Source of the DNA: an uncultured bacterium | GTDB taxonomy: Bacteria > Krumholzibacteriota > Krumholzibacteriia > Krumholzibacteriales > Krumholzibacteriaceae | Direction of reading: 5' to 3' | Length of the DNA stretch: 64,000 nt | Assembly (NCBI GenBank): GCA_963786935.1 | Contig: CAWBAN010000003.1 | Span: 352,001 to 416,000, forward strand | Part shown: piece by piece, positions 10,317 through 21,035 of the stretch | Layout of the letters: the number at the start of each line of letters is the position of its first letter | How positions within the stretch are numbered: position 1 is the stretch's first letter | The notes under the pieces: model-generated | The model's database searches: none | Seen by the model: the letters and a program-made list of their open reading frames with translations, nothing else | Told to the model about the DNA's origin: nothing | Position numbers and translations under genes: made by a program

Positions 10317-11942
10317 CTAGAATGCGTAGCGGACGTCGATGATGTTGTTGTCGAGATTCTGCGGAATGATGTCCGATTCCGTGTAGATATCCACGAAGAA
10401 CTTGTCCCCGTAATGGAGCGAGAAGCCGAGCGTCACCGAGGCGTTCGTGGTTAATTCGCGATTCCAATCGGTCGAGTATGCCGCCGGCTCGACGACTGCC
10501 GCGGAGGCGGCTCCCGCGAGCCTCGTGCCTCCGGCGCGGGAAACGGCCGCCGGCGGTTGGAAGGTGAACAGGGAGGGGATCGGCTCGGTGGCGGACACCT
10601 TGCGCCATTTCCCCCAGAGCGTGACGCCGGAGAAGTACGTGAACCAGCTCGAAGGTCTGCATTCGATCGAGAGCGGAAAGGAGAGGGCGAACGACGTTTC
10701 GATCGATTCGAGCCGGACTCGCTGATCGACCTGAACGGCGGATGCTCCCTCGTCTTCGCTGATGGAATAATGAACGAGAGGCTCTTCCTCCGCGCCGATC
10801 CGCGCGAAAACTCCGCGGAGCCCGACGTACAGATCGGTCGTCGGATGAATGGAGAAGACCTTGCTTCCCTTGACGTAGCAGCTTCCCTCGAGGAGCGAGC
10901 CGTCTCCCTCGAGGTCGCCGGTGAGCTTCTCGTCGGTGTCGGACCACGATCCCCAGCGCAGGCGCTCCTCGCTCGCGGTCCAATCGGTCTCATACGGGCA
11001 CGTGGAAATATCTCCCCCGGCGAGCACGCGGATGCCGCCGTCGAAGGCGTGGCGGAACATCAGGGCGAAGCTCCAGATGTCCCCCTCGCGGGCGTCCGAC
11101 CAGTGATACCGATAGTAGCTGTAGCTGTCGACCCTGTTCGGCGGATAGAATTCCTTGTCGACGTCCAGCTCGTATCGCTCCTGTCGCCGGTCCGCCCTGT
11201 TGAGCGACGCGCTGATCGCGACATCCGTCCGCGGGCCGTCGTCGCCCCATTGCGCGATTCCCGCCTGAAGATCGAACGAGTAACGCCGGCCGGAGTAGGA
11301 CTGCATTTGCTTCTCGATGCCCTGGCGCTCGAGAGAGAGGTCGGGGGGCGCGCTGTACTCTTCGTACAAACGGCTGGTCATTCTCGAGTCGAGATAGCTG
11401 TACATCCGCGCTTGAATCCTCAATCCGAGCGCGGTTCGACGCCCAAGCTCGCGGGCGGCCGCGAGATCGATTCTCGCGAAATCGTTGGCGTGATCGTACG
11501 CTTCTTCCCGGAGCTGCATATAGAGCGTGCCGCTCATTCCGGTCTCGGGATATGAGGAAACGCCCTGCGGCCGGTCGAGCGCCCACTGCGCAAACACCGC
11601 CGTCCGCCAGGACGATAGCTTGATCCCCCAGGCGGAGATCTCGTTGACCATCGTCCCATCGCTCGAGTAGTTTCTCCATGTTTCCTGCAAGTAGGGCAGG
11701 GAGGACTCGTATCCCGGATTCCAGCGCCTCGCGTAGCTCACGTTCAGCCGGTCGGCGAAGAAGGCGCACGCCGGGTTGACGCCGATATCGGTGTAGAGAT
11801 CGGGGATGACGCCGGCGACGTGATCCCCGCCGAGCGCGGATATCCGCGCCGACTGATGCTCGAGTGCGCTCGCCGCGCCCGGGCGCAGCGAAAGCGCGGC
11901 GAGAACGGCGAGCATGAGGAACGGTATCCCGCGAAAATGCAT
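10317..11942 (-). CDS. Putative outer-membrane beta-barrel protein of unknown function
   Basis: Signal peptide, ARISALGG N-terminal motif (FadL/PorV-like), amphipathic aromatic-rich strands, C-terminal DVRYAF. Confidence 0.65.
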   Translation of the reverse strand: MHFRGIPFLMLAVLAALSLRPGAASALEHQSARISALGGDHVAGVIPDLYTDIGVNPACAFFADRLNVSYARRWNPGYESSLPYLQETWRNYSSDGTMVNEISAWGIKLSSWRTAVFAQWALDRPQGVSSYPETGMSGTLYMQLREEAYDHANDFARIDLAAARELGRRTALGLRIQARMYSYLDSRMTSRLYEEYSAPPDLSLERQGIEKQMQSYSGRRYSFDLQAGIAQWGDDGPRTDVAISASLNRADRRQERYELDVDKEFYPPNRVDSYSYYRYHWSDAREGDIWSFALMFRHAFDGGIRVLAGGDISTCPYETDWTASEERLRWGSWSDTDEKLTGDLEGDGSLLEGSCYVKGSKVFSIHPTTDLYVGLRGVFARIGAEEEPLVHYSISEDEGASAVQVDQRVRLESIETSFALSFPLSIECRPSSWFTYFSGVTLWGKWRKVSATEPIPSLFTFQPPAAVSRAGGTRLAGAASAAVVEPAAYSTDWNRELTTNASVTLGFSLHYGDKFFVDIYTESDIIPQNLDNNIIDVRYAF

Positions 11943-12181
11943 CGGCGTCGAAGCTCCCTGTGCGATTGAACACCGGCATGATACACGCGGCGGGGCGCGG
12001 GATTCAATCGGAAAATGATCGATCGGCGCGCCGCGCGCGCGGAGTCGGCCCTCCGTGCACGCGCAGATAACGTGTTGTGAATTGGACGCCGCTCTGGTAC
12101 GCTCGCCCGCGGAAGGCGCTTCGGGATCGTTTCGGCGCCCGGAGCGCGGCTCGCGACCGCTGCACAAAGGAGAACCGTCAT

Positions 12182-14458
12182 ATGAGATCGGCGAAGCGGC
12201 TCGTTTTCCTCCTCGTTGCCGTCATCGGGTGTTCATTCATCGTGGGGAATCTGTGGGCGGAGAAGCCGCTCAAGGCTCCCAAGCCCGCGTCCGTCGCTCC
12301 GGCGGAGGGCTACGGGCTCGTGCCGCCCCCCGTCGACGTGAAGGCGCTCCGGCCGTACGCGGCATCGCGCCTCAGCCGGATGGCGCCGCCTCCGTCGTGG
12401 GACTGGCGGACGATGAGCGGCGTCACGTCGGTGAAGAACCAGAATCCGTACGGGACATGCTGGGCCTTCGCGACCCTCGGCGATCTCGAGTCGAAGGTGC
12501 TCATCAACGAATCGACGGCGTACAACTATTCCGAGCTCAACATCGTCGCCTGCAACGCGGTCGGCACGAGCTGCAACGCCGGCGGCAACGCGTGGATATC
12601 GACGAACTACCTCACGCTCCTCGGCGCCGTGGACGAAACGTGCAATCCGTATCCGGGCTCCTGCCCGTACCCGTCGTGCGTGAATCCGGCGTGCGCGTTC
12701 CGCGACCGCGTCACGGAGTGGCGGGTCCTCGCGGAGGACGTCACCACGATCAAGAACGCGATCATGACGTACGGTCCCGTCTTCACGGGGATGTACGCGA
12801 GCTTCCCCGGCTTCAGCACGTACAACGGGAGCGGCTGCCTCAGCTATACCGGCGTCGAGGCCCAGAATCACGCGGTCGTGCTCGTCGGCTGGGACGACGC
12901 GATGTGCGGCGGCCTCGGCGGCTGGATCGCGAAGAACTCGTGGGGCACGGCCTGGGGGGCGGCCGGATATTTCTACATCCGCTACGGGAGCGCGCGCATC
13001 GGCCAGAACGTTTCGGTGATCACGGGCTACAAGGATTACGACGCGACCGAGAAGATCTATCACTACGACGAATGGGGCTGGTGGGGCTCCATCGGATACG
13101 GCGACACGGACGATTGGGCGGTTGTTTCCTTCACGCCGAGCGGTGCCCCCCCGGCCGGCGATCTGCTCACGGCGGTCGACCTGTGGGCCGTGTCGGCTCC
13201 GACGAACTATACGATTTCCATCTACGACGATTTCAACGGAACCGCGACCTCGAATCTGCTCGCCGGACCGGTGAGCGGAACGGCGACCGAGGCGGGATAC
13301 TACAGCGTCCCGCTCGCGACGCCGCTTCCCGTCTATACGGGCAACGCGATTCACATCGTCGTCCGGCTCGCCACGCCGGGGTACGACTACCCGGTGCCCA
13401 TCGACGATTCCGGGCCCATGGAGACGAACAAGAACTGGGTGAGCAGCACGGGCGCGTCGGGCACCTGGGAGGCGCTCGACGACGGCGGCTACGCGATGGG
13501 GGACATCGGTGTCCGCGCGCGCGTCGAACCGCGCCCCGCGGCGACGACGTGCTCGATCGAAGGGGATCCGGCGATGCGTTACGGGTGGGGAGAGTACGAC
13601 GGGCTCGCGTACAATCAGCCGGGGGCCGATTACGCGAGCGCGTATGCCGGGCAAACCGTCACGTACACCCTGGGGCCCTGCAACGCTCCGGCGACGTGGC
13701 TCCCCGCCGGATGCAAGGCGTCCGATACGCTCTGCTTCCACGCGAGCGACGCGAAGGGGTGGACCATCGGCGCGGATCCGCCTCTCGGCACGACGACGGT
13801 GCTCGCTCCGGGATATCTCTGGTACCAGGAGCTGAGCGTCACGATTCCGTGCGAGGCCGCGGTTTCCACGAAGGACACCATCATCGCGCAGGTCGCCTAC
13901 ACCGCGGTGAACGGCGTCTGCGCGCCCGATTGCGACGACTGCAACGATCCGAACACGCGCCCGGCGACGGGGGTGAAATACTACTCGGCCGACACGCTGA
14001 TCATCACCGTCGTCGAGTCGCCGCCGTCGATGCTCGTCCTGCAGGATACGCTGACGCTCGTCGAGCGCGGCCAGACGCAGGCGTACATCCCCTTCACCAT
14101 ATGCAATTCGAACGAATGCGCTCCGCCGTCGACGTTCTACTACCTCATCGCGAGCAGGGGGCACGTCGGCCCGGCGCTCAACACGGCGAGCTCGGTCGGC
14201 GTTTCCGGCGGAGAGTGCAAGGACGTTTACGGAATTCTGAATGCGGGAACCGCGGTCGCCTGCACGTTCGATACGCTGCGGATTCTCGTCTGGACGACCG
14301 GCGATCCGGCGATCTACGACACGTGCGTTCAGGTCGTCCACGTCGTCGAGCCATCGCCGGTTCCGCTCTTCACGCCCCCGGTCATGGCGATCCTCGTGCT
14401 CGTTCTCATCGCCATCGCCGCGATCTTCATGCGGAGGCGAATGAGGGGCGGCAAGTGA
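12182..14458 (+). CDS. Secreted papain-like cysteine protease (C1A) with accessory domains and a C-terminal membrane anchor/sorting tail
   Basis: WDWR, QNPYGTCWAF (catalytic Cys), NHAVVLVGW (His), KNSWG (Asn); C-terminal VPLF-TM-RRR; AAGGAG RBS. Confidence 0.9.
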   Translation: MRSAKRLVFLLVAVIGCSFIVGNLWAEKPLKAPKPASVAPAEGYGLVPPPVDVKALRPYAASRLSRMAPPPSWDWRTMSGVTSVKNQNPYGTCWAFATLGDLESKVLINESTAYNYSELNIVACNAVGTSCNAGGNAWISTNYLTLLGAVDETCNPYPGSCPYPSCVNPACAFRDRVTEWRVLAEDVTTIKNAIMTYGPVFTGMYASFPGFSTYNGSGCLSYTGVEAQNHAVVLVGWDDAMCGGLGGWIAKNSWGTAWGAAGYFYIRYGSARIGQNVSVITGYKDYDATEKIYHYDEWGWWGSIGYGDTDDWAVVSFTPSGAPPAGDLLTAVDLWAVSAPTNYTISIYDDFNGTATSNLLAGPVSGTATEAGYYSVPLATPLPVYTGNAIHIVVRLATPGYDYPVPIDDSGPMETNKNWVSSTGASGTWEALDDGGYAMGDIGVRARVEPRPAATTCSIEGDPAMRYGWGEYDGLAYNQPGADYASAYAGQTVTYTLGPCNAPATWLPAGCKASDTLCFHASDAKGWTIGADPPLGTTTVLAPGYLWYQELSVTIPCEAAVSTKDTIIAQVAYTAVNGVCAPDCDDCNDPNTRPATGVKYYSADTLIITVVESPPSMLVLQDTLTLVERGQTQAYIPFTICNSNECAPPSTFYYLIASRGHVGPALNTASSVGVSGGECKDVYGILNAGTAVACTFDTLRILVWTTGDPAIYDTCVQVVHVVEPSPVPLFTPPVMAILVLVLIAIAAIFMRRRMRGGK

Positions 14459-14473
14459 CGCCGCGCGGCTGAC

Positions 14474-17400
14474 ATGAGCGTGAACGCGATACTCGGAACG
14501 CCCGGATTGGAGCTCGAGGCGTCTCTTCGCGGACGCCTCGCCGAGGCTCGTCGCTCGGACCCGTTCGCTCCGCTCACGATTCTCGTCGGCTCGAGCCTCC
14601 TCGGCGCCTCGCTTCGCAGGGACCTCGCCGAAAAAACGGGCGGGCTCTTCAACGTACGCTTCGCGACCTTCGCCGACCTCGCTTCGCTCCTCGCGCGGGA
14701 ATCCGCGGAAGGAGCGGATGCCGGCGCGCCCCCGTTCGCGGACCGCGTCGTCGTCCGAGCGGTCGCATCGCCGGGGAGCGTATCCGCCGGGCTCGCCGAG
14801 TCGGCGAAGACGAAGGGCTTCGCCGAGGCGCTGCTCGCGACATTCGACGATCTCGCCGAAGCGGGCTGCGCGGGAGCGATGGCGCGGGAGCTCGCCGAGC
14901 GCGGCGCGCCGCGGGAGCGGCCCGGCTCGAAGGCGCGCGAGGTACTCTCTCTCTACGCGCGGTTTCGGGAACGGATCGATTCGCTCGGCGGCGACGGCCA
15001 CACCCGCTTTCGCGCCGCGCTCTCGGGCACGCTGCCGGTTTCCCTCGGGCAGCGCGTGTTCGCCTACGGCTTCTACGATTTCAACGAAATGCAGCGGCGG
15101 CTCCTCGCGCGGATCGCGCGGGAGCGGGAGGTAACGCTCTTCATGCCGTGGGGCGAGGGGGAAGCGTTCCGGTTCGCCGCGCGGGGACGCGCGGCGCTCG
15201 AGCGCGCCGGTTTCGGGCCGTTCGCCTCCGCCGGCCCCTCGGGGGGCGCCGCGCGGAAGCCGGCGCTGAAGCTCCTGAACGCGCCGGGAGAGGAGGAGGA
15301 GGTCCGCGAGATCGCCCGCAGAATCCTCGCGCTCGCCCGCGGCGGCGTCCGGTTCGAGGAGGTCGCGGTCATCCTTCCCTCGGTCGAAGCCTACGCGCCG
15401 CTGTGCCGTGAGATCTTCCGGGAGGCGGGGATCCCGTGCGCCGCGCATTCGGGGCTTTCGGCGGATGCCGGGCCGGCGCTCAAGGGCGCGCTCGGGCTCC
15501 TCGAAATTCTCGGCGGCGCGATGGAGCGCCGCGATATCGTCGAGTTTCTCGTGTCGGCGCCGCTCCGTCCGCCGGCGGCCGGACGGGCGCGCTGCGATCG
15601 TTTTTCGCTCTGGGCGCGGTTGAGCGCCGAGGCGGGGATCGTCGGAGAGCGCGGCTGGATCGAGGAGAGCGCGGCGCTCGTGGAGCGGCTGCGCCTCCTC
15701 GAGGAGCGCGGGGAAGGGAGCGGCGAGGCGTTCGCGGCGGCCCTCGACGCGGACGCCGTGATCGGGAAAATCGTTCGCGCCGGGGAGGGGCTGCGCGCCG
15801 CGTCTTCGTGGCGGGGGCTCGCGGACGGATTTTCGTCGCTCGTGCGGGAGCTCTTTCCGGAATCGCCGGATCTCGAGGGAGCGCGCGAGGCGATCGAGCG
15901 CCTTGCCTCGCTCGATCGCCTCGGCCAGCCCGTGTCGTTCGACGAGTTCGCCCGGATTGCGGAAGCCTCGCTCGCCGATGCCGCCCGCGCGGCGGGGCGC
16001 GGGGGCGACGGGGTTCACGTTCTCTCGCTCGTCCAGGCGCGCGGGCTCGGATTCGAGGCGGTTTTCATCCCGGGGCTCGCCGAGCGGATCTTTCCGGCGG
16101 CGGCGCGCCAGGATCCGTTCCTCGGCGACCGGGAGCGGCGGGAGCTCAACGCGCTGTCGAACGGCGCGATCGTTCTCGGCGAGAAAGCGGAGCGCTTGAG
16201 CGAAGAGGCGCTCCTCTTCGAGCTCGCCCGCGCGTCGGCGCGCGGGACGCTCGTGTGCAGCTATCCGAGATTCGAGGGGGGAACCGGAAGGGAACGCATC
16301 CCGTCCTCCTTCCTTCGATTCATCGAGGGGTATTCGGTCGACGGCGCGCACGGCGCCGCCGTCGGGTACGAGCGCATCCCGCGGCTCGCCCCGGCCGCGC
16401 GCGGCGCCGAGCTTCTCGGCGCGGATGAGCTCGATTTCGAGCGCGCGCGCGAGTATCGCGAGGGCGCCGGAGCGCTTCCCGACAATCCGTTTTTCTCGAA
16501 AGGCGCGCGTCTCGTCCGCATGCGCGAGGGATCGCGGAAATTCACCGCGTACGACGGCGTATTCTCGTCGAAGGAGGCGCTCGACGGGCTTCGCGTCATG
16601 CTCGACGGCGACGGAAGGCGCTTCGCGCCGACCTCGCTCGAGACGTACGCGCGCTGCCCCTTCGCGTACTTCGTCACGCGTCTGCTCGGCATCGAGCCGG
16701 CCGAGGAGCCCGAGCGCATCATCTCCATCGGGCCGCTCGAACGCGGGGAGCTGATCCACAAGATTCTCGCGCGGATCTTCGCTGAGCTCAAGGCGAAGGG
16801 GCTTCTTCCTTTGAGCGCCGCCCCCGCCGACGGCGTGCTCGCGATCGCCGGCGAGGCGATCGATCGGATTCTCGAGAGCTTCCCCGAGACGGCGAGCGTC
16901 GGATTCCCCGTGTTCTGGGAAATGGAGAAGCGCATCGTGCGCGAGTCGGTGATCCTCTTCCTCGAGGAGGAGCGTCTCGAGGGGGGAGCGTTCGTCCCCG
17001 AGCTTTTCGAAAAATCGTTCGGCAGGAAACGCGACCGTCTCGAGGTTCCGTTCGAGTGCGGCGGCCGGACGGTTCTCTTCCACGGCCGGATCGACCGGAT
17101 CGACACCGCGCCGGACGGCCGGTTCCGCGTCGTCGATTACAAAACGGGAAAGCTGATGGGCGCGGACCAGGATCTCGCGCACGGATCGGCGCTCCAGCTT
17201 CCGGTCTATCTCCTCGGCGCCTCCCGCATTCTCGGGCTCGATCTGCGCGGGGGGGAGGCGCGATACCGGCGCGTCGGCGTCGGCGAGGGGAAGAACGTCG
17301 TTACCTTCTTCGGCGACCGGTGGGACGAGAGCCGGGAGGCCTTCTCGAAGATCGTGGACGTGATCGTGGGAGGCGTCGAGCGCGGCGTCTTCTTCGCCCC

Positions 17401-17545
17401 CGCCGACGAGCAGGGATGCAGGAACTGCGTCGTCGGCATCGCCTGCTCCTCGGGCGCGGCGCGCCTTTTCGAGATCAAGGCGGCCGACGACGAGCGGGCC
17501 CGCGCGTACATCGAAATGCGGGGAGGGGAGGAGGCGGAAGCATGA
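14474..17545 (+). CDS. addB: AddB/AdnA-like subunit: degenerate helicase plus PD-(D/E)XK nuclease with Fe-S cysteines
   Basis: ARGLGFEAVFIPGL; CPFAYF plus CRNC...C cysteine set; GRIDRID...VVDYKTG...LQLPVY nuclease motifs; stop overlaps the addA ATG. Confidence 0.8.
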   Translation: MSVNAILGTPGLELEASLRGRLAEARRSDPFAPLTILVGSSLLGASLRRDLAEKTGGLFNVRFATFADLASLLARESAEGADAGAPPFADRVVVRAVASPGSVSAGLAESAKTKGFAEALLATFDDLAEAGCAGAMARELAERGAPRERPGSKAREVLSLYARFRERIDSLGGDGHTRFRAALSGTLPVSLGQRVFAYGFYDFNEMQRRLLARIAREREVTLFMPWGEGEAFRFAARGRAALERAGFGPFASAGPSGGAARKPALKLLNAPGEEEEVREIARRILALARGGVRFEEVAVILPSVEAYAPLCREIFREAGIPCAAHSGLSADAGPALKGALGLLEILGGAMERRDIVEFLVSAPLRPPAAGRARCDRFSLWARLSAEAGIVGERGWIEESAALVERLRLLEERGEGSGEAFAAALDADAVIGKIVRAGEGLRAASSWRGLADGFSSLVRELFPESPDLEGAREAIERLASLDRLGQPVSFDEFARIAEASLADAARAAGRGGDGVHVLSLVQARGLGFEAVFIPGLAERIFPAAARQDPFLGDRERRELNALSNGAIVLGEKAERLSEEALLFELARASARGTLVCSYPRFEGGTGRERIPSSFLRFIEGYSVDGAHGAAVGYERIPRLAPAARGAELLGADELDFERAREYREGAGALPDNPFFSKGARLVRMREGSRKFTAYDGVFSSKEALDGLRVMLDGDGRRFAPTSLETYARCPFAYFVTRLLGIEPAEEPERIISIGPLERGELIHKILARIFAELKAKGLLPLSAAPADGVLAIAGEAIDRILESFPETASVGFPVFWEMEKRIVRESVILFLEEERLEGGAFVPELFEKSFGRKRDRLEVPFECGGRTVLFHGRIDRIDTAPDGRFRVVDYKTGKLMGADQDLAHGSALQLPVYLLGASRILGLDLRGGEARYRRVGVGEGKNVVTFFGDRWDESREAFSKIVDVIVGGVERGVFFAPADEQGCRNCVVGIACSSGAARLFEIKAADDERARAYIEMRGGEEAEA

Positions 17546-20500
17546 GCGGGAGAGCCGGTGGAAGGGGAAGGAGGCTCGTGGATGAGGTCGCCCGGAGTCG
17601 GGCCGCGAACGATCTCGAAACGTCGTTCTGCGTCGAGGCGGGCGCCGGCACGGGAAAGACGAGCCTTCTCGTCAACCGGTTCCTGTCGATCCTCGAGAGC
17701 GGCACGGCCTCCTGCAGCCAGATCGTCGCGATCACCTTCACCGAGAAAGCCGCCGGCGAAATGAAGATCAGGCTCCGGCAGCGCATATTCGAGCGCCGCG
17801 CCGATCCCGCGATCGCCCCGGAGGCCCGCGCCAATCTCGAGCGCGCCTCCGACGAGCTCGAGCGCTCGCCGATCTCGACCATCCATTCGTTCGCCGCGAC
17901 GATCCTGCGCGAGTATCCGGTCGAAGCGCGCGTCGATCCGAGCTACGGCCAGCTCGACGCGCTCGAGGGGGAGCTCTTCTTCGACGAATGCTGGAGCGAT
18001 TTCCTCGCGCGCGGGGCCGAGGCGTGGGCGGAGACGCTGCGGCGGTTCGTCTTCTTCGGCGGCTCGATCGGGAATCTCTACGATATCGCGCTCGGATTGT
18101 ACGCGCACCGGGCCGAGCGCTCGTGCAGCGGCACGTTCGACGTCGAGCAGGCCTGCGACGAGGAAGACATCCGGCTGCTCCCCGGACCGCCGATCTCTCG
18201 AAGAGGCTCAAAGAGGAGTTCGCCGCCGCCGCGGCGCGGCTCTCGGCGCTCGAGCGCGACGCGTGCGTGAATCCGGACGACCGCGGCGCCGCCGCGATCA
18301 GGGAGTTCGCCGCCCGGATGGCGGCGCTCGATCTGCTCGACGGGGACGAATCTCTGCGCGTTCTCCTCACGATCAAGATTCCGAAGAACAAGGGGAGCAA
18401 GGGGAACTGGCGGCCCGCCGAGGCCTGCGCCGAGCAGAAAGAGATATTTTCCGGCCTCGACTCGTTCCGGGAAACCATGAGGACGGCCCTCTCCGATGGT
18501 CTGCGGGACGGGCTCGACCGGTTCTTCGACGAGTTTCTCGCCTCGATCGATCGGCGCAAGGCGGCGCTCGGCGTCCTCGATTTCGACGATCTCCTCGTCA
18601 AGGTGCGCGAGCTGCTCCGCGATCCGGAGTCGCTCGACATGCTCCGCGAGCGCTACCGCTACGTTCTCGTCGACGAGTTCCAGGATACGGATCCGGTTCA
18701 GGCCGAGATCGTCTATCTCCTCGCGACCGCCCGGGGAGAGACCGGCCGGGAAACGCTCGTGCCCGGCAAGCTCTTCATCGTCGGCGATCCGAAGCAGAGC
18801 ATCTACCGGTTCAGAAAGGCGGACATCGAGATCTACGAGCGCGTGAAGGAGCGCCTCGCGGCGGGCGGCGAGCGGCTTTCGATCGTGGAGAACTTCCGGT
18901 CGGTGCCCGGCGTCGTCGAATGGGTGAACGAGACCTTCGCGGAGATCATGCGGCCGACCGGCGACGCGCGCTTCCAGCCGCGCTACGAGGCGATCCATCC
19001 GTACCGCTGCGGAGGCGGCGCTCCGGTGGCGCTCTTCGACATCGGGCTCGCCGAGGAAGAGACGAAAACGCAGGCGGTCCGCGCCCGCGAAGGGGAGGCG
19101 ATCGCCCGCCTCATCCGCTCGCTCGTCGAGGGGGGCGCGGAGGTGATGGATCCGCGGAAGCGCGAGATGCGCCCGGTGAAGCACGGCGATATCGCCGTGA
19201 TCTATCCGGGAACGACGGGAATCGACTTCTACGAGGAGCCGCTTCGCGCGGAGGGCATTCCGTACGTCGTCGAGGGGGGGAAGCTCTACTACGCCCGCGA
19301 CGAGATCCGGACGCTCGCGGCCGCGGTGTGGGCGATCGAGGATCCGTACGATCCGCTCTCCCTCGTCGCCGTGCTGCGCTCGCCGCTGTTCGGCGCGAGC
19401 GACGAGGATATCTTCCTCTTCACGCGGGGCGGCGGACGGCTCGATTATCTCGATCCGGGGGCGGGGGCTGCCGAAATGCCGGGTGATCTCGGCGCAGCGC
19501 TCGAGCTCCTCGCCGGTCTCCATGCGCGGCGGAACGAGCTCGGTCCCTCGGGAACGCTGCTCGAGCTCCTCGGGCGCACGAAGTTCCTCGAGCTTTCGCT
19601 CCTGCGCCCGCACGGCGACCAGCGGGTTTCGAACATCAGGAAGGCGGTTTCGAGCGCGCGGGCGTTCGAGGAGCAGGGGAAATCGTACCGGCGTTTCGCC
19701 CGCTGGTTCAGGGATCAGGAGGCGCTCGCCTCGGCGGAGGGGGAATCACCCCTCGTGGAGGAGGACGACGACGCGGTCCGGCTGCTCACCGTTCACAAGG
19801 CGAAGGGGCTTCAGTTCCCCGTCGTGATCCTGGCGAATCTCGTCCAGAAGAAGCGCGCGTCGTACCAGGTGCTCGTCGAAAAGGGGCGGCGCGTCTCGTT
19901 CAAGCTCGGGCTCCTCGAGACGGGGGACCACGCCGAGCTCGAGACGAACGAGAAGGCGCGCGAGGAAGCGGAGACGATCCGGCTCCTCTACGTCGCCGCG
20001 ACGCGGGCCGGGGACATGCTCGTCGTGCCGCGCACGCCGCGGGAGGGAAGCTACTTCGGGCTCATCAAGGCGCATCTCGTCGAGTCCGGCGCCGGCGGGG
20101 ACGGGGAGGCCGGAGCGGCGGGCGATGGCGTCGGCGGGACCGGTCCATCGCCGCGTTCGGCGCACGTGCGGGACCTCTCGGTCTCGTCGCTTCCGCCGCT
20201 TCGCGGCAAGCCGCGGCCCTTCACGCGATTCGCGGAGCCTTCGCGGGAGGCGGCTGCGAAGGCCGCGCGGGAGCGCGCGGAATGGATCGCCGCGCGGGAG
20301 CGGCTCCTCGCGGAGGCCGCGAAGGGGCCGCTCGTCCTCGCTCCTTCGAGGCTCGCGGCCGAGGCTCGCGAGGAGCCCCCGAGCGCGATGGCGGTCGGGC
20401 TCGAGATTCCCGATGCATCCGGCGCCGCTGCCGGCGCGCCCGTCGAGCCGGGCGCTCCCGGCGCTCAGTCCCGCGATCGGCTCCTCCTTTTCGGGCAGGC

Positions 20501-21035
20501 CTTTCACCGGATCATGGAGCTCGCCGATCTTTCCGGCGCGCGCCCTCCGGGCGGCCTCGCCGAATCGGTCGCCGCGGAGCTCGGCATCGAGGACGCGGCG
20601 GGCGAGCTCGAGCGTGTCGCGTCCGCGGCGCTCCAATCCGACATCATCCGCCGCGCGGCGCGCGCGGCGCGCTGCTTCCGCGAGGCGCCGTTCGCCGTGC
20701 CCTGGGAGGGGAACTTCATCGAGGGGAGAATCGATCTCCTGTTCGAGGAGAACGGCCGCTGGACGCTCGTCGACTACAAGACCGACGATGTGGCGGCGCG
20801 GGATTTGGACGGGAGAATCGCGGCCTACCGCCCGCAGGCTGCCGCGTACGCGCTCGCCCTCAAGACGCTCGGCATCGAATGCTCGGGAGGGATCGTTCTC
20901 CATTTCGCGCGGCCGAACGAGACGCGGGTCCTCGAGTACTCGGCGAGCCTCGTCGCCGAGGCGGAGCGTGCGCTCCGCGCGGCGGTCATCGAGCGGGACG
21001 CCGCCCGAGGGCGCTCGCGACCGGCCCTTCCCTGA
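17542..21035 (+). CDS. addA: AddA/UvrD-like ATP-dependent helicase-nuclease; -1 frameshift near 18160-18190
   Basis: AGAGTGKT, TFTEKAA and STIHSF in frame 1; VDEFQDT, VGDPKQSIYRFR, TVHKAKGLQF, YVAATRA and GRIDL...DYKTD in the 17988 frame. Confidence 0.85.

Noticed and set aside
12233..17182. 1649-aa minus-strand ORF and many other long antisense or alternate-frame ORFs
   Set aside because: Shadow ORFs of high-GC coding sequence: Arg/Ala/Gly-rich, no motifs, and fully overlapping well-supported genes.
20986..21035. 50-bp convergent overlap of addA and the epimerase 3' ends
   Set aside because: Common in high-GC genomes, and both tails are low-complexity extensions.
14474..21035. Helicase-nuclease pair as a possible anti-phage defence system
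   Set aside because: The architecture matches housekeeping AddAB/AdnAB recombination-repair enzymes and there is no defence-island context.
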